Shown: positions 48,962 to 63,500, counted from the stretch's first letter. The stretch is 64,000 bases of DNA from Microbotryum violaceum (GCA_001244265.2 CDLV01000009.1:1116001-1180000), one strand, 5' to 3'. Numbers and translations: made by a program. Notes: generated by a model from the letters alone, not told the origin.

Positions 48962-51900
48962 TTACTCGTCATCTTCCTCCTCTTCTTCATCCTCGTCGTC
49001 AGCTTGAGGAGCAGGCGCACGTCGGACTGGAAGCGCAACTGCCTCTTCTTCCTCCTCGCTCTGCTCAGCAGCTGATTCAGCCTCATCCTCCTGCCTCGCC
49101 TCCTCATCTTGAACCCCCTCAAGGTTCGTCTTGACGAAATCTCGAACGTCAGCAAACTCAGCCGACGCTTGCCACGCTTCCTCATCCACCTCATTGACCT
49201 GTTCCTCGCACGTCTTGACGACCATCTTCTCGAACCTTTCCAGCGCATTCTTGGAAACCGTATCCGACAGAGCCCTCTTCGATTTGGTCGCTTTGATCAA
49301 CCACAACAAAGCCTTGACCTTCAAACCCGGCGCTTCCAAGGGGATATACAATTTGGGTAAAAGTTGACACAACAACTTGCGTTCGTCTTTCAGGGACTGT
49401 TGGAACAACGCCTTGATCATTTGCACGCTTAGATCGAGATGAATCGTTTCGTCGAGTTGGGCACGCGAGGCTTTGGTGTCTTCGGCCGCTAGGATCGATT
49501 TTTGAGGATCGGTCCAGTCGAGCAGTTGAAGACCGATTTGTAGAGGTGCAACCATCGCGTTCCGTTCCGTCGTACCCAGTTCGTCGTACACGTCCTTCAG
49601 CAACGCCAAAGTTGGCAAGAAGACCTTGGACACCCGTCGTTGATTCGCGGGGTTCGAATATGCGTAGACGGGGAAGAAGTAGGAGAGGCATTGGCGCAAC
49701 TTTTGATTGTCGATCGTTTCGGAAGCGAAGTAGAGGAGTACGAGGCGGGAGAGGATAACTTCGTCCGTGACGAGGTTCGAGAGCATGAGCTTACATACGC
49801 CGATCACGCAGGTGGCTTCGGCTTCAGGTTCTTCTTGTTCCAGCGAGGACATGAGGAAGCCGAGAATGACGTCGGCCTATGCGAGCGAAAGGTGATGCCA
49901 GAGTGGTTCCGTCAGCCTTGACGAGCTGCTCGTTCAATTTAGAAAACTTGAGCTCACCCCGAAGCCACGGTCGGCGCCGAGATTGATCCCATGCAAGACA
50001 AGCAGATCAAAGAGAGTTTGCAAGATCTTGACCCGGAGTTCGCCCTCCGTGTCTTGACTTTGGCGTGCGAGTAACTCAAACGAGTCGACCGCTGTCGGCT
50101 GCAGTGAGTCGTTGAGATCGTTTAGCACTCGGCCCCAACATACGCACCGCCACAACCAAACTGCTTACCTTGTCCAGTAGGGAGATCAATCCGAGGCAGA
50201 CGAGCCCAGACGATCGAACCTCTTGATCCTTCTGCTTGATCGCTGGCACGACCAGTTCGGTCACGAGCCCGTGAAGCATCGAGTTCTCTTGCAACGCCTG
50301 TTCCATATCAATCAAGCCACCAAAGAAATCAGCCCCACCCCCCTCCCCCCTTGCTGAAACCTGTTGGTAGAGACTTACGCCCATGACTCGTTCGAGCAAG
50401 GCCTTGACAATCACGAGGCATCGCAAATCAAGTTGCTTGCGTCGAGCGAAGATGACGGGCTCTTGGGAAGCCGTGTAGCGACGCTTACGCCGGGCCTTGC
50501 GAGCTTCCACGCCTTCATCTTCGTCCTCATCCTCTGAATCGTTGTCGAGATCGGCATCATCGTCTGTCGTCATCAGATGCGAGTCCGCACGAAGGGATTG
50601 AACGATCTCGACGACGATCCTCATGAATTCCTTCTCCGACGAAGTCACCTTGAGCAAAACGTCCAAGCACTTCGGCACCAACGAGTAAGGTAAGATCGAA
50701 TTGGACATCATCTCGCGCATCAGTTCGAAAATCTTGCGACGACCAATCTCGTCACCGTAATCGAGGTCAATGGCCATCTCGACCAATTCACCGACGACGA
50801 ATTCGAGCTCGAGTTCGGCGCCTTCATCTCGTTCGGCCGCGTCGAGCGATACGACCAATTTGGTCCACTCGTTTTGGACGAAGAAGGCCAGGGCAGTGAC
50901 GACGGGTTCGAGGTCGGCGAGGCGAGGGTCTTCGAGTTGGCGCAGATGGTTCAAGTAGACGCGAGTCGTGAAGGCCGTGTGAGGGGTTAGAATTTGCCAG
51001 AAATCACCTTTGGGAGAGGCACAAGGGGACGGGGATCAGTTACTGCGAATTGAGGGATAAAGCAATATCCGCGACTTACCTCCAAAGTCAAGCCCTTCCA
51101 TGAGAGCTGGGTTTGAATCGAAGATGGCCGAGAGAATGTTTTCCGCTGCTTTCCCTTCATAAAGATCGAAGAACTCCAAAAACTGTACGAGAGCGCAAGG
51201 TCAGCTTTCGATAGAGCGGTCAAGTATGATCTCGGTGGACATACCCGAACGACGCCTCCCGCGTCCTCCGCCCACTTCGAAACCAATTTCTTGGCTGCTC
51301 GTCGAACCCCTTCCTCTCGATCCCTCAAGCCACGCGCAATCGCGTCCTCGCGCTGTGTCTGAGTCAAACGAGCACAGGGGATTTCGTACAGAACATGAAG
51401 GTACGCGGCGCGTCGATTGATGGGGTCGACGTCCAGAGTCCGCATTAGCAAGGCCGGCAGGGTCTTGGGCGAAGGGATGAGATTGAAGAGCGCGGCGCGT
51501 CGAACCTCGCTGTTATACACAGAGATAGATCAGTCACTTGCCCGTTCACTCTGTTGTGATAGTCACCATGAGAGACGTATGAGGATGTGAAGGCTCACGC
51601 AGCAGGATCGTGAGTGAGCACGTCGATGAGCACATCTGACACGCTCAGCTCGTCGTCATCCTCATCAACCTCGTCGGCTTCCTGGAGCTTGGCCAAGGCC
51701 ACGACGGCTTGCATGCGAACGGTCGATTCCTTATCCCGCACCCGTTCGAGCAAGGCCTGTTTGAGCAGCTGATAAGTATCGTCACTGATTAGAAGAGATG
51801 GGCATGTTAGATCAGAGCGGGTGCCCCAAGCCCGACAAGGCATGCGAAAATACTGACTCGATCTCGCCGAGACTGTTGACCATGAGCGCGACGAGTTGCA

Positions 51901-52475
51901 CGCTGCGGAAGCGAGCGACCTTGTTTTTTGCCTGGAACCCTTTGAGCAAGAAGGCGAGGAGTTGGGCCACGAGTCGCGAGGCGGGCCCGTCCTCGTCCTC
52001 GTCGTCATCCTGTTCGCCTGCTTCGGCCTCACGTTGTTTGAAGTCTAGTTGGTCACGGGATGGCAAGCAAATGAACGCCGACATGAGCGCTGCGTTTTTG
52101 ATCGAATATGCCACAATTTGATTCCAACTTACCGTGCTCGACCGCGAAACCGACGAAGCCCGCAATATACTTGATGATGCGATCGGCCTGCTCGACACCC
52201 TTCTTGACGCCGAGCGGATGAACGACCGCTGCCCGGAACGCGTCACCGAACGCTTTCTCGCCCGTCAACCTGAGCGTCGTTCCATCGTTGGACAGGGTCG
52301 TGACCTGCGCGGCTCGAAGAAACAGGCCGTGCAAGGTGTTGATGTTCTTGCGGTGCGACGCTACCGAGTGCTGCGACGCGCCAAACAGTTGCGGCACTTG
52401 CTGCTGCAGCGTCTGTTGAACTGTCTCGAGCGAGTCGAGCTTGGATGTTGAGGGAGCTGCTTTAGGGCCCGGCAT
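48962..52475 (-). CDS. YCG1: Condensin subunit G (Ycg1/Cnd3/CAP-G)
   Basis: SQHSVASHRKN, GVKKGVEQADRIIK, AKNKVARFRSVQL, RVRDKESTVRMQAV, EVRRAAL, DYGDEIGRRK, GVCKLML and LRQCLSYFFPVYAYS. Confidence 0.92.
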
Positions 52476-53777
52476 TGTGGATATAGGTATCCTGATAGAC
52501 GGGCTGGCGGTGGATCGCGTCAAGAAGGGGAGTGGGCTTGGGTGGAGCTGATGGGGCGTGTTGATTGATGCGCTAGTTCGTCGCCTACGCCGTGTTGCTC
52601 GCTGAACGGCGGTGGATGTAGCTAACACGGGTCAAGGTCTTGGTCTTACGAAATTCTGCAAGTCGACTAGGCTCGTAAAGCGGAACACCGCCCGGTCGCG
52701 TGCCTTCGTTGTTGATGAGTAGCGGAAGACTGGTCAACAGCCGCCCGGTTGCGTGAACGAACACCCACAAACTTGAGCTCGGACCGCTTCGTCGGCAAAG
52801 TCGGAGCTGATCGGCCCCGGCCGGAGATTGTGAACATGAACCTTCGAAACGCTTACTGACGGCATGACAGGTTCCCATGATCAGAGTTTCATTTCTTCCG
52901 AATTCAGTAAACTTCACTCACTATTTTTTGGCACATTTGATGGCTCCATACCGCCACTCGGAGGTCACAAGGCAACATTTCGGAACGACCGACATGCACT
53001 TTCGCAGAAGAGGTCCAAGAGCGTTCTCCAAAGGCTTGGAAAAACTTCGAGGCGTGAACACGCACTCCAGGGATCAGTAGTGCGTGTGCTAGGACTCAGG
53101 TCTCAGGAGCGGCGTCCGGACTCCAGTTCTCGGGCAGGGGCAGATTCACAGTCGACCTGACGGCCCCGGACCCGCTGAGACCCGGCTCGCGACTGCTCGT
53201 GCGAGGTCGCGGCTGGTCGCGGGTTTCGAAAATCTGACCAGGCTCTTCTGTCGCGGCTTAACCACCTTCTCGTCCTCCAACCCCCTCTCCGTATCCTCCT
53301 TCTCTCCCCATAGAAGCGAATACCCGCATTTATAGATTGCACGAGTCACCTCTGCATCTCCGTATACTAGACTGTACACGACTGCAACCTCTGTCCCGGA
53401 GTAGCAGCCTTCAGTCCGTCATCGAACCTTTTTGCCTTCGCAAGCTTCGCACGCCACCGCACGTTCGCTAGCTCGACTAGTTGAGTGTGTGAGTAACCGC
53501 GTGCTTTCTTTGCACTCGTACTTGAACCCGATCTGCGGAATTCATTGTGCATCTTATGCTGACTTTGTTGCTCCCTCCCATGCCTTTCGCTTTGCCACAC
53601 CGCGCGCTCGCCGACTTGCCGCTCGCCTGCCGCTCGCCGCGCCCACGCCCACGTCGCTCGTTTCGTTGCCGACCCGAAAACGTGTCGCTTCCCGGCGCCC
53701 GTAAATGTCCTACACTCGCACTCGTACCACGCGCCGCCCGGACACACGCTGCGGAACAACTCGATCTCAAACTCGAT

Positions 53778-56700
53778 TTCATCTCCGTTGCCCGGATCAC
53801 GCAGTCTTGGAAGCCACCTACCTAACCGTACCCACTCCCCCCAACCCTTATGCCCACCGCCGTCATGTCCAAGAACGAGTCGCCCGCCGTCTCGACACCG
53901 ATCAAGATCGACGCCGCCGCCGTCAAGGCCGAAGGCCACCACGTCGCGACCGGCGATGAGGTCCAGGTCGACATCCACACCGTCTTGTCCTCGCCCGACC
54001 GCGCCGCGCGCGAGAAGGCCGCGACCGAGCTCGTCGACCTCGTCAAGATCGAAGGCCCGCAGGCGTTCGTCCGATTGGGCCTCGCCGACGCGATCGAAAA
54101 GGGACTCAACGACAAGAAGAACGCCGTCGCGCGTGAGGGCGCATGCGAGCTCTTGTCGATCCTCGTCGAGCAGGGAGTCGGCAACGCCGTCGAGCCCTTC
54201 TTCTTTGAGAAGCTGATGCAGCAGATCGTCAGCGAGACGTTCGCCGACAAGGTCACGTCCGTGCGCGAGGCCGCCGTCTCGGCCGTCAAGTCGATCGTGC
54301 AGGTTGCGACGTCGTGGGCGACGCCCATCTTCTTGCCCATCTTGCTCCACCAGATCAGGACCGCCGGCAAGTGGCAGGTCAAGACGGGCTCGTTGGCCAT
54401 CATCGACCAACTCGTCGTTTCGGCCCCGGAGCAGTGCGCCATGCTCATGCCCGACATTATCCCTCCCATGGTTGAGGCCATCTGGGGTGAGTTTTCCAAA
54501 TCGGCGCGTTTTCATTCTCGCACAGTGACCCCGTGCTGATGAGTCTTGCCCTCTACCCTTCCCCGCAGACACCAAGGCCGACGTCAAGAAGGCCGCCCGC
54601 GCCTCGTTGACCAAGTTGACCGCGCTCGTCTCGAACAAGGATATCGAAAAGTTCATCCCCGCTCTGATCAACGCGCTCATCAACCCGATCGAGGAGGTGC
54701 CCAAGACGATCCAGCTGTTGGCCGCGACGACGTTCGTGTCCGAGGTCGACTCGCCTACGCTCGCGCTCATGGCCCCGCTCCTGTCGCGTGGTTTGAACGA
54801 GAAGCTCTCGTCGACCTTGCGCAAGGTAGCGACCATCATCGACAACATGGCCAAGCTCGTCGACAACGAGTGGACCGTCCGACCGTTCTTGCCCAAGCTC
54901 TTGCCCGGTCTGATCAAGGTCAGCACCACGATCGCCGACCCGGAAGCGCGTGGTGTGGTGATCAAGGCGATCAAGACCCTGCGCGAGATCGGCAACACCG
55001 AGGGCGATGGAACGGACCTGCCGCCCTTGCGTCACCAGACGATCGAGGGTGCCGCCCCTTGGTCGTCGATGCGATCAAGAAGACCGACTCGGCGTCCAAG
55101 CTCGATGCGTCGTCGCCGTTGGTGCACTACATCGCGTCGCTCGTCGCCAACTTGGTCAACGCTCGCAACTTTGAGCCGACCGAATGGGACTCGGCTCTCG
55201 TTTCCTATGTCTCGCTCGCGCTCCCCCACTCAATCCGTGCCAACCAGGCGCAGACCGTCGTGCGCGCCGTGCTCGAAAAGTCGGCGTCCGACGAGGGCGA
55301 GGAGATCGAGATGTTCCCCGATGAGGAGGAGGGCGAGGACTTGTGCAACTGCACCTTCTCGCTCGCTTACGGTGCCAAGATTTTGCTCAACACCGCGACG
55401 CTCCGTCTCAAGCGTGGCCACCGTTACGGTTTGTGCGGTCGCAACGGTACGGGCAAGTCGACGCTCATGCGCGCGATCGACAACGGCCAGGTCGAGGGTT
55501 TCCCTTCGCCCGACGAGGTGCGCACCTTTTACGTCGAGCACGATGTCGACGGTGACGAGACCGAGAACACAATCATCTCGTTCGTGCTCAAAGACAAGCG
55601 TATCCTCAAGGACGAGGCCGAGTGTCGCCGCGTGCTCAACACGGTCGGGTTCACGCACGACCGACAAGAGTCGGCGATCGGCTCGCTGTCCGGTGGATGG
55701 AAGATGAAGCTCGCGTTGGCGCGTGCCATCCTGTTCGAGGCCGATATTCTCTTGCTCGACGAACCGACGAACCACTTAGACGTGCTTAACGTCGCCTGGC
55801 TCGAGAATTACCTCACGTCGCTGACGACGTGCACGTCCATCATCGTCTCGCACGACTCAGGCTTCCTCAACAACATCACGACCGACATTCTGCACTTGAA
55901 CCGCTACAAGGTCAAGCGTTATCGCGGTAACTTGCAAGCGTTCATTAAGCATGTGCCCGAGGCCAAGGCCTACTACGAACTCTCGGTCGAGGAGGAGTAC
56001 CAGTTCAAGTTCCCCGATCCCCTCTGCTCGACGGTGTCAAGACCAAGGAGAAGTCGTTGATGAAGATGCGCCACGTCGGTTTCCAGTACCCCGGCACGCC
56101 CACGCCGCAGTTGTACGACATCTCGCTGCAAGTCTCGTTGTCGTCGCGTGTCGCCGTCTTGGGCCCCAACGGAGGTGGAAAGTCGACCTTGGTCAAGCTG
56201 CTCGTCGGCGAGACCGAGCCCAACAAGGGCGGTGAGGTGTGGAGGCACCCCAACTTGGTGCTCGGATACGTCGCGCAGCACGCGTTCCATCACATTGATT
56301 GCCATCTCGACAAAACCCCGCTCGAGTACATGCTCCAGCGATACCAGACCGGCGAGGACTTGGAGGAGCTCAGCAAGGGCAACCGCATCCTGTCCGAGGA
56401 GGAGCAGAAGAAGATGAAGGAGGGTTCGATCGTCGTCGTCGAGGGCGTGAAGCGCACGATCGAGGACGTGACGAACCGCAAGAAGCTGAAGCAGTCGTTC
56501 GAGTACGAGTGCTCGTTCAAGGGCATGTCGTCGTCCGAGAACATCTGGCTGCCGCGCGACGAGCTCATCCGTCGTGGTTTCGAGAAGAAGGTTATGGAGG
56601 TCGACACGCGCGAGGCGCAAAAGGCCGGTCTGCTGCGCCCTCTCGTCCGTCGCGAGATCGAGCTGCACATGGCCGACTTTGGTCTCGAGGCCGAGTTCGT

Positions 56701-57180
56701 GACGCACAACACGATGCGAGGCCTTTCCGGTGGACAGAAGGTCAAGGTCGTGCTCGCTGCCGCGACATGGCGACGACCGCACGTCGTCATCCTTGACGAG
56801 CCGACAAATTACCTCGACCGAGAGTCGCTCGCCGCGCTCATCGCCGCGCTGAAGACGTTCGAAGGTGGTGTGCTCGTCATCACACACAACCGTGAGTTCT
56901 CCGAGTCGATCTGCACCGAAGTGTGGGCCATGAACCAGGGTTACCTCGAGGCGTCCGGCCACAACTGGGTCGAAGGTCAGGGCTCCGGCCCGCGCATCGA
57001 CAAGGTTGACGAGGAGGAGAAGGACGTCTTTGATGCCATGGGCAACAAGATCGAGCAGAAGAAGGGCCCCAAGAAGCTGTCGTCGTCGGATGCCCGCAAG
57101 GCCAAGAAGGCCCGCATGGCCCGCAAAAAGCTCGGACTTCCCTCAGACGACGAGGAGGAGCTGTAGAGGAGCTGTAGATG
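53778..57180 (+). repeat. Left arm of a large inverted repeat (pairs with 60596-64000)
   Basis: Reverse-complement identity over the 5' flank, intron, CDS and 14 nt past the stop. The ORF tracks of the two arms mirror each other. The outer boundary cannot be determined because the partner arm leaves the window. Confidence 0.95.
53850..57166 (+). CDS. YEF3: Translation elongation factor eEF3, copy A (two 1-nt frameshifts: sequencing error or pseudogene)
   Basis: Matches copy B except C4 instead of C5 at ~55055-55058 and ~56019-56022. Intron at 54487-54568. Confidence 0.85.
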
Positions 57181-58231
57181 TTGTCTTCTCTTACTTTCGT
57201 AATCAGTTATATACATTTCGTCTCGTCCTTCCCTGTATTTGCATCCTCTCGGTGTCGACTCCGTTCGCGCGATTCGGATCTCTTGTGGCTTTGGAAGTGA
57301 CTGGGCACTTGCTTTGACAACTTCGATAGCTAACCTGTTGTTTATCTATGGCGATCACGAGGCTCTAAATTGGGAATCGTCGGCATTGACTTGGGGATCG
57401 CTTGTTTCCTATTGTTGCACCCCCTATCTCCGCGGGCAGCGCCACCGCAAAATTTTCCCGGACTATCTGCAGCGTGGCCAGGCTGACCGCCGGATGCCGT
57501 TTTGTTCTCGAGACCGACCAATCGACGTTTATCGGGTCTGTTGGACGTGCGAATGATATCTGAAGCGCCTGTGGTGCGACTTGGCGTGAATATTCAAGGA
57601 TTGTCGGTGCAGATGGCTAGGCCAAAAGTAGGGGCTGCACCGCTTCATCGTCTGGTCTTTTGCAGCGAGTCCCCTCAGATTGAGTGGCACGCGCGCGTGT
57701 CCGGGGCATTCCGACGAGCGCCAAGCCTTTTTGACAGGATTGGATGTCATTGCACGCGACGAGCGGGCGATGCATTCCGGAACCGAACTATACGCGCGAA
57801 AACGCGCCTGTTGCCTGTCGGCTGTCGGCCTATCAGGTTTCAGTTCCCATAGCGCCGAAGCCAAGAGATTGGCCCAACCGGATGTTGTGAGTGCTTGCGA
57901 ATGTTCCCACGGGCTGGGCACCGCGCGACAGTGGACCTGACAGCGGTTTGTTTGCTTGTTGGCGATCCTATGCACACAATCACATCTTTGCTTCCTTTCC
58001 CCTCTCTGCTTCCAACTCGCTACCTCCAGATATCCTCGGCGACCCGACGCCTCAGATAGTCTTGTCTTCCGCTGTCGTTAACGTGTCCACTCGTTCTTGA
58101 CCCTTCGAAACAATTTTTTTTTGGCTGCACGCGATTGGCTCACTCGCGGTCGAGCAATTTGGGATTGCCAGCTACGTTGCTTCCCCTTCGCACCATCACG
58201 TCGGACGATCACGGCTGCAACCCAGAACAAG

Positions 58232-60194
58232 ATGTTCTCACACGTCACCCTTCTCCTCGTCGCTGCGAGTGTTGTGACTGCGTCGACACCTCATCCCCTG
58301 TGGGAACGCCAAAGCCGGAGTGAGTTCAGCGCGTGCAATCGTGCGATCGTTTGAAGAAGAAAAACGAGACGGCCCTCGACTGACACCATCACCACGTTCC
58401 GTCTCGTCCCGTCGGCTCCCCGCCTACTTTTCAATTGTAGCCTATCCGGAGCCCCTCAAAGTTGGGCCTCAGCCTCTTCAGTTATGGATTGAAACCTACA
58501 ATCAGGCGAAAGCTGCAGGCAAAATCCCTTCCTTCGCGCCAGCAACGCTTAGCGGCGGAGAGCCGGTGTACGCTTCGGGCGTCGACACGGGTGAAAAAGG
58601 AGTCTGCTCTTGGACACGTAAGTAATGCAGAATCTGGTTCAAAGTCACGTCGCGACTTCGAATGATCGAGTCGCCGAGCTTATAGTGTCGCTTGCCCACA
58701 GTCGCGCATTGCTTCAACACCAACAAGACTGGCGCATATGATATCGAGGATGGCCCAACCGGGGTAAGTCGCGCACACTCAACCTGATTGGACCACTCGC
58801 GTTGTCCTATCGAGTCGGCTGACTTCATTGCTTCGATATATGATGATCTTTAAAAAGCATGTGGGCATCTCGTTCGATGATGGACCGACACCCGCATCAC
58901 CGGTGCTCTACGAATTTTTGCAGTCCAAGAATCTCGCAGTGAGTTTCCATCCGCGGCGCAAATATAACACATTGGCCTGCACCCCGCTCACATTGTGATG
59001 GCCCGTTCGTCATCGACAGGCAACACACTTTTTTATCGGGTCCAACATTGTGAACAACCCCGATATCTTCGATCAAGCCGTCAAATCTGGCGGTCACATT
59101 GCCGTCCACACCTGGGCTCACAAGCTCATGACCACCTTGACCGACATGCAAGTGCTCGGAGAGCTGGGATGGACCATGCAGATTATTCATGACAGAGCGG
59201 GTGTTGTGCCTCGATTCTGGAGGCCTCCTTATGGCGACATCGACAACCGAGTCCGAGCGATCGCCAAAGAAGGTAAAGCACCACTCGGGCTCGCCGTCAC
59301 TTTTGGAGCGCATACTGACCCCTGTCGCACACACGCGGATTAGTTTTCGGTTTGGAGCACGCAGTCATCTGGAACCACGACACCAACGACTGGTGTCTGA
59401 GTGAGGGTGGAGGATCGTGAGTCACGCAATGGGTACTAATCTCCTATAGCTTTACAGCCGATCTGACCCTTGATCTTTATGTTTCAACAGCTCTTGCGCC
59501 TCCAGCGACTGGACTCCCAGCTCCGACGCTGAACTCGACCAAGAGCTGAACGGCTTTTACAACGGTCCCAAATCTCCTGGATTGGTAAGTGGTGACAGCG
59601 CAACGTTCTGCGCCTTTATCTTCCATAGCTGACATTGATCCAATGACGGTTGCGTCACTCCTCCAGATAATTCTCGAGCACGAAGTCACGAGCCGATCGG
59701 TCGGTGCTTTCATGCGCACCTTCCCCACGCTCATCTCGAAGGGATGGATTCCGCAGTGAGTTCCGGCCCGCTTTCCTTGTGGATTGTCTTGAATCCGCGC
59801 TCCAACTGATGCTGGCGTGTGCTCTGTAAGATCCATCCCTGATCTCTTCAGTCAACCTTGGTACCTCAACGCCGCCGGGCCCAGCGATACTCCCACGAGA
59901 GGCTTCGTCGTCGGAAGTGGCGACCTACCCAACGTCAACAACGCGGCAGTCAACCTTACTAGCTCCTCTTCCTCGGCCGTGGCTCGATCCTCGTCGACGC
60001 CCATCGTCACCCAGACCAGAAGCTCGGCCGGATCTTCCACGGCCGCCGGTTCCAGTATCTCTGGTCAGGGAACGGCGACAGCTGCCGCTCAAGCGGCGGC
60101 GTCATCGAAGACAGCGTCCGGAGCCGCAATGTTGTCGTCCTCGATCTTCCTCCCGGTGTCCCTGATGATCTTTGTTTCCCTTAGACTTTCATAG
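58232..60194 (+). CDS. Chitin deacetylase (CE4/NodB), secreted, probably GPI-anchored
   Basis: Signal peptide [19 protein letters not shown]4 motifs SFDDGP, HTWAH, WRPPYGD, DTNDW and LEHE. Ser/Thr-rich stalk and hydrophobic C-terminus ([22 protein letters not shown]). Confidence 0.92.
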
Positions 60195-60595
60195 ACCCTC
60201 TATCTGACTGGTAGTCCTCGACGGATGCGTAGTTGTCAAAGTGAGATGTGTAATCCCTATACCAACCATACCCAGTATACCTTTGCCACGCACTTCGTAT
60301 ATTTGTCGGCTTCTGTCATTGGACGGCGACGACCTGGTCGAGAGCAAGTGACTGAAAGCCTCCACAGGAGCTGGGGTTGGCTGAGATTTCGCTCGCAAAT
60401 GTCAGATAATGCCCGACGGCATCACTGTTCCGCTGAAACAGGCTCAGAACTGAAAGCGATGCAGTGAGTCACAGGACATCCCCGAACAAAGAAGAGTATG
60501 AACCAAAATGATGAATTACAACGCGCCAGAAAGAAAGAACATCAAGAAGAAGCATCTATGGGGTCTGAAATATTTCAAACCGCACACTACCACAT

Positions 60596-63500
60596 CATCT
60601 ACAGCTCCTCTACAGCTCCTCCTCGTCGTCTGAGGGAAGTCCGAGCTTTTTGCGGGCCATGCGGGCCTTCTTGGCCTTGCGGGCATCCGACGACGACAGC
60701 TTCTTGGGGCCCTTCTTCTGCTCGATCTTGTTGCCCATGGCATCAAAGACGTCCTTCTCCTCCTCGTCAACCTTGTCGATGCGCGGGCCGGAGCCCTGAC
60801 CTTCGACCCAGTTGTGGCCGGACGCCTCGAGGTAACCCTGGTTCATGGCCCACACTTCGGTGCAGATCGACTCGGAGAACTCACGGTTGTGTGTGATGAC
60901 GAGCACACCACCTTCGAACGTCTTCAGCGCGGCGATGAGCGCGGCGAGCGACTCTCGGTCGAGGTAATTTGTCGGCTCGTCAAGGATGACGACGTGCGGT
61001 CGTCGCCATGTCGCGGCAGCGAGCACGACCTTGACCTTCTGTCCACCGGAAAGGCCTCGCATCGTGTTGTGCGTCACGAACTCGGCCTCGAGACCAAAGT
61101 CGGCCATGTGCAGCTCGATCTCGCGACGGACGAGAGGGCGCAGCAGACCGGCCTTTTGCGCCTCGCGCGTGTCGACCTCCATAACCTTCTTCTCGAAACC
61201 ACGACGGATGAGCTCGTCGCGCGGCAGCCAGATGTTCTCGGACGACGACATGCCCTTGAACGAGCACTCGTACTCGAACGACTGCTTCAGCTTCTTGCGG
61301 TTCGTCACGTCCTCGATCGTGCGCTTCACGCCCTCGACGACGACGATCGAACCCTCCTTCATCTTCTTCTGCTCCTCCTCGGACAGGATGCGGTTGCCCT
61401 TGCTGAGCTCCTCCAAGTCCTCGCCGGTCTGGTATCGCTGGAGCATGTACTCGAGCGGGGTTTTGTCGAGATGGCAATCAATGTGATGGAACGCGTGCTG
61501 CGCGACGTATCCGAGCACCAAGTTGGGGTGCCTCCACACCTCACCGCCCTTGTTGGGCTCGGTCTCGCCGACGAGCAGCTTGACCAAGGTCGACTTTCCA
61601 CCTCCGTTGGGGCCCAAGACGGCGACACGCGACGACAACGAGACTTGCAGCGAGATGTCGTACAACTGCGGCGTGGGCGTGCCGGGGTACTGGAAACCGA
61701 CGTGGCGCATCTTCATCAACGACTTCTCCTTGGTCTTGACACCGTCGAGCAGAGGGGGATCGGGGAACTTGAACTGGTACTCCTCCTCGACCGAGAGTTC
61801 GTAGTAGGCCTTGGCCTCGGGCACATGCTTAATGAACGCTTGCAAGTTACCGCGATAACGCTTGACCTTGTAGCGGTTCAAGTGCAGAATGTCGGTCGTG
61901 ATGTTGTTGAGGAAGCCTGAGTCGTGCGAGACGATGATGGACGTGCACGTCGTCAGCGACGTGAGGTAATTCTCGAGCCAGGCGACGTTAAGCACGTCTA
62001 AGTGGTTCGTCGGTTCGTCGAGCAAGAGAATATCGGCCTCGAACAGGATGGCACGCGCCAACGCGAGCTTCATCTTCCATCCACCGGACAGCGAGCCGAT
62101 CGCCGACTCTTGTCGGTCGTGCGTGAACCCGACCGTGTTGAGCACGCGGCGACACTCGGCCTCGTCCTTGAGGATACGCTTGTCTTTGAGCACGAACGAG
62201 ATGATTGTGTTCTCGGTCTCGTCACCGTCGACATCGTGCTCGACGTAAAAGGTGCGCACCTCGTCGGGCGAAGGGAAACCCTCGACCTGGCCGTTGTCGA
62301 TCGCGCGCATGAGCGTCGACTTGCCCGTACCGTTGCGACCGCACAAACCGTAACGGTGGCCACGCTTGAGACGGAGCGTCGCGGTGTTGAGCAAAATCTT
62401 GGCACCGTAAGCGAGCGAGAAGGTGCAGTTGCACAAGTCCTCGCCCTCCTCCTCATCGGGGAACATCTCGATCTCCTCGCCCTCGTCGGACGCCGACTTT
62501 TCGAGCACGGCGCGCACGACGGTCTGCGCCTGGTTGGCACGGATTGAGTGGGGGAGCGCGAGCGAGACATAGGAAACGAGAGCCGAGTCCCATTCGGTCG
62601 GCTCAAAGTTGCGAGCGTTGACCAAGTTGGCGACGAGCGACGCGATGTAGTGCACCAACGGCGACGACGCATCGAGCTTGGACGCCGAGTCGGTCTTCTT
62701 GATCGCATCGACGACCAAGGGGGCGGCACCCTCGATCGTCTGGTGACGCAAGGGCGGCAGGTCCGTTCCATCGCCCTCGGTGTTGCCGATCTCGCGCAGG
62801 GTCTTGATCGCCTTGATCACCACACCACGCGCTTCCGGGTCGGCGATCGTGGTGCTGACCTTGATCAGACCGGGCAAGAGCTTGGGCAAGAACGGTCGGA
62901 CGGTCCACTCGTTGTCGACGAGCTTGGCCATGTTGTCGATGATGGTCGCTACCTTGCGCAAGGTCGACGAGAGCTTCTCGTTCAAACCACGCGACAGGAG
63001 CGGGGCCATGAGCGCGAGCGTAGGCGAGTCGACCTCGGACACGAACGTCGTCGCGGCCAACAGCTGGATCGTCTTGGGCACCTCCTCGATCGGGTTGATG
63101 AGCGCGTTGATCAGAGCGGGGATGAACTTTTCGATATCCTTGTTCGAGACGAGCGCGGTCAACTTGGTCAACGAGGCGCGGGCGGCCTTCTTGACGTCGG
63201 CCTTGGTGTCTGCGGGGAAGGGTAGAGGGCAAGACTCATCAGCACGGGGTCACTGTGCGAGAATGAAAACGCGCCGATTTGGAAAACTCACCCCAGATGG
63301 CCTCAACCATGGGAGGGATAATGTCGGGCATGAGCATGGCGCACTGCTCCGGGGCCGAAACGACGAGTTGGTCGATGATGGCCAACGAGCCCGTCTTGAC
63401 CTGCCACTTGCCGGCGGTCCTGATCTGGTGGAGCAAGATGGGCAAGAAGATGGGCGTCGCCCACGACGTCGCAACCTGCACGATCGACTTGACGGCCGAG

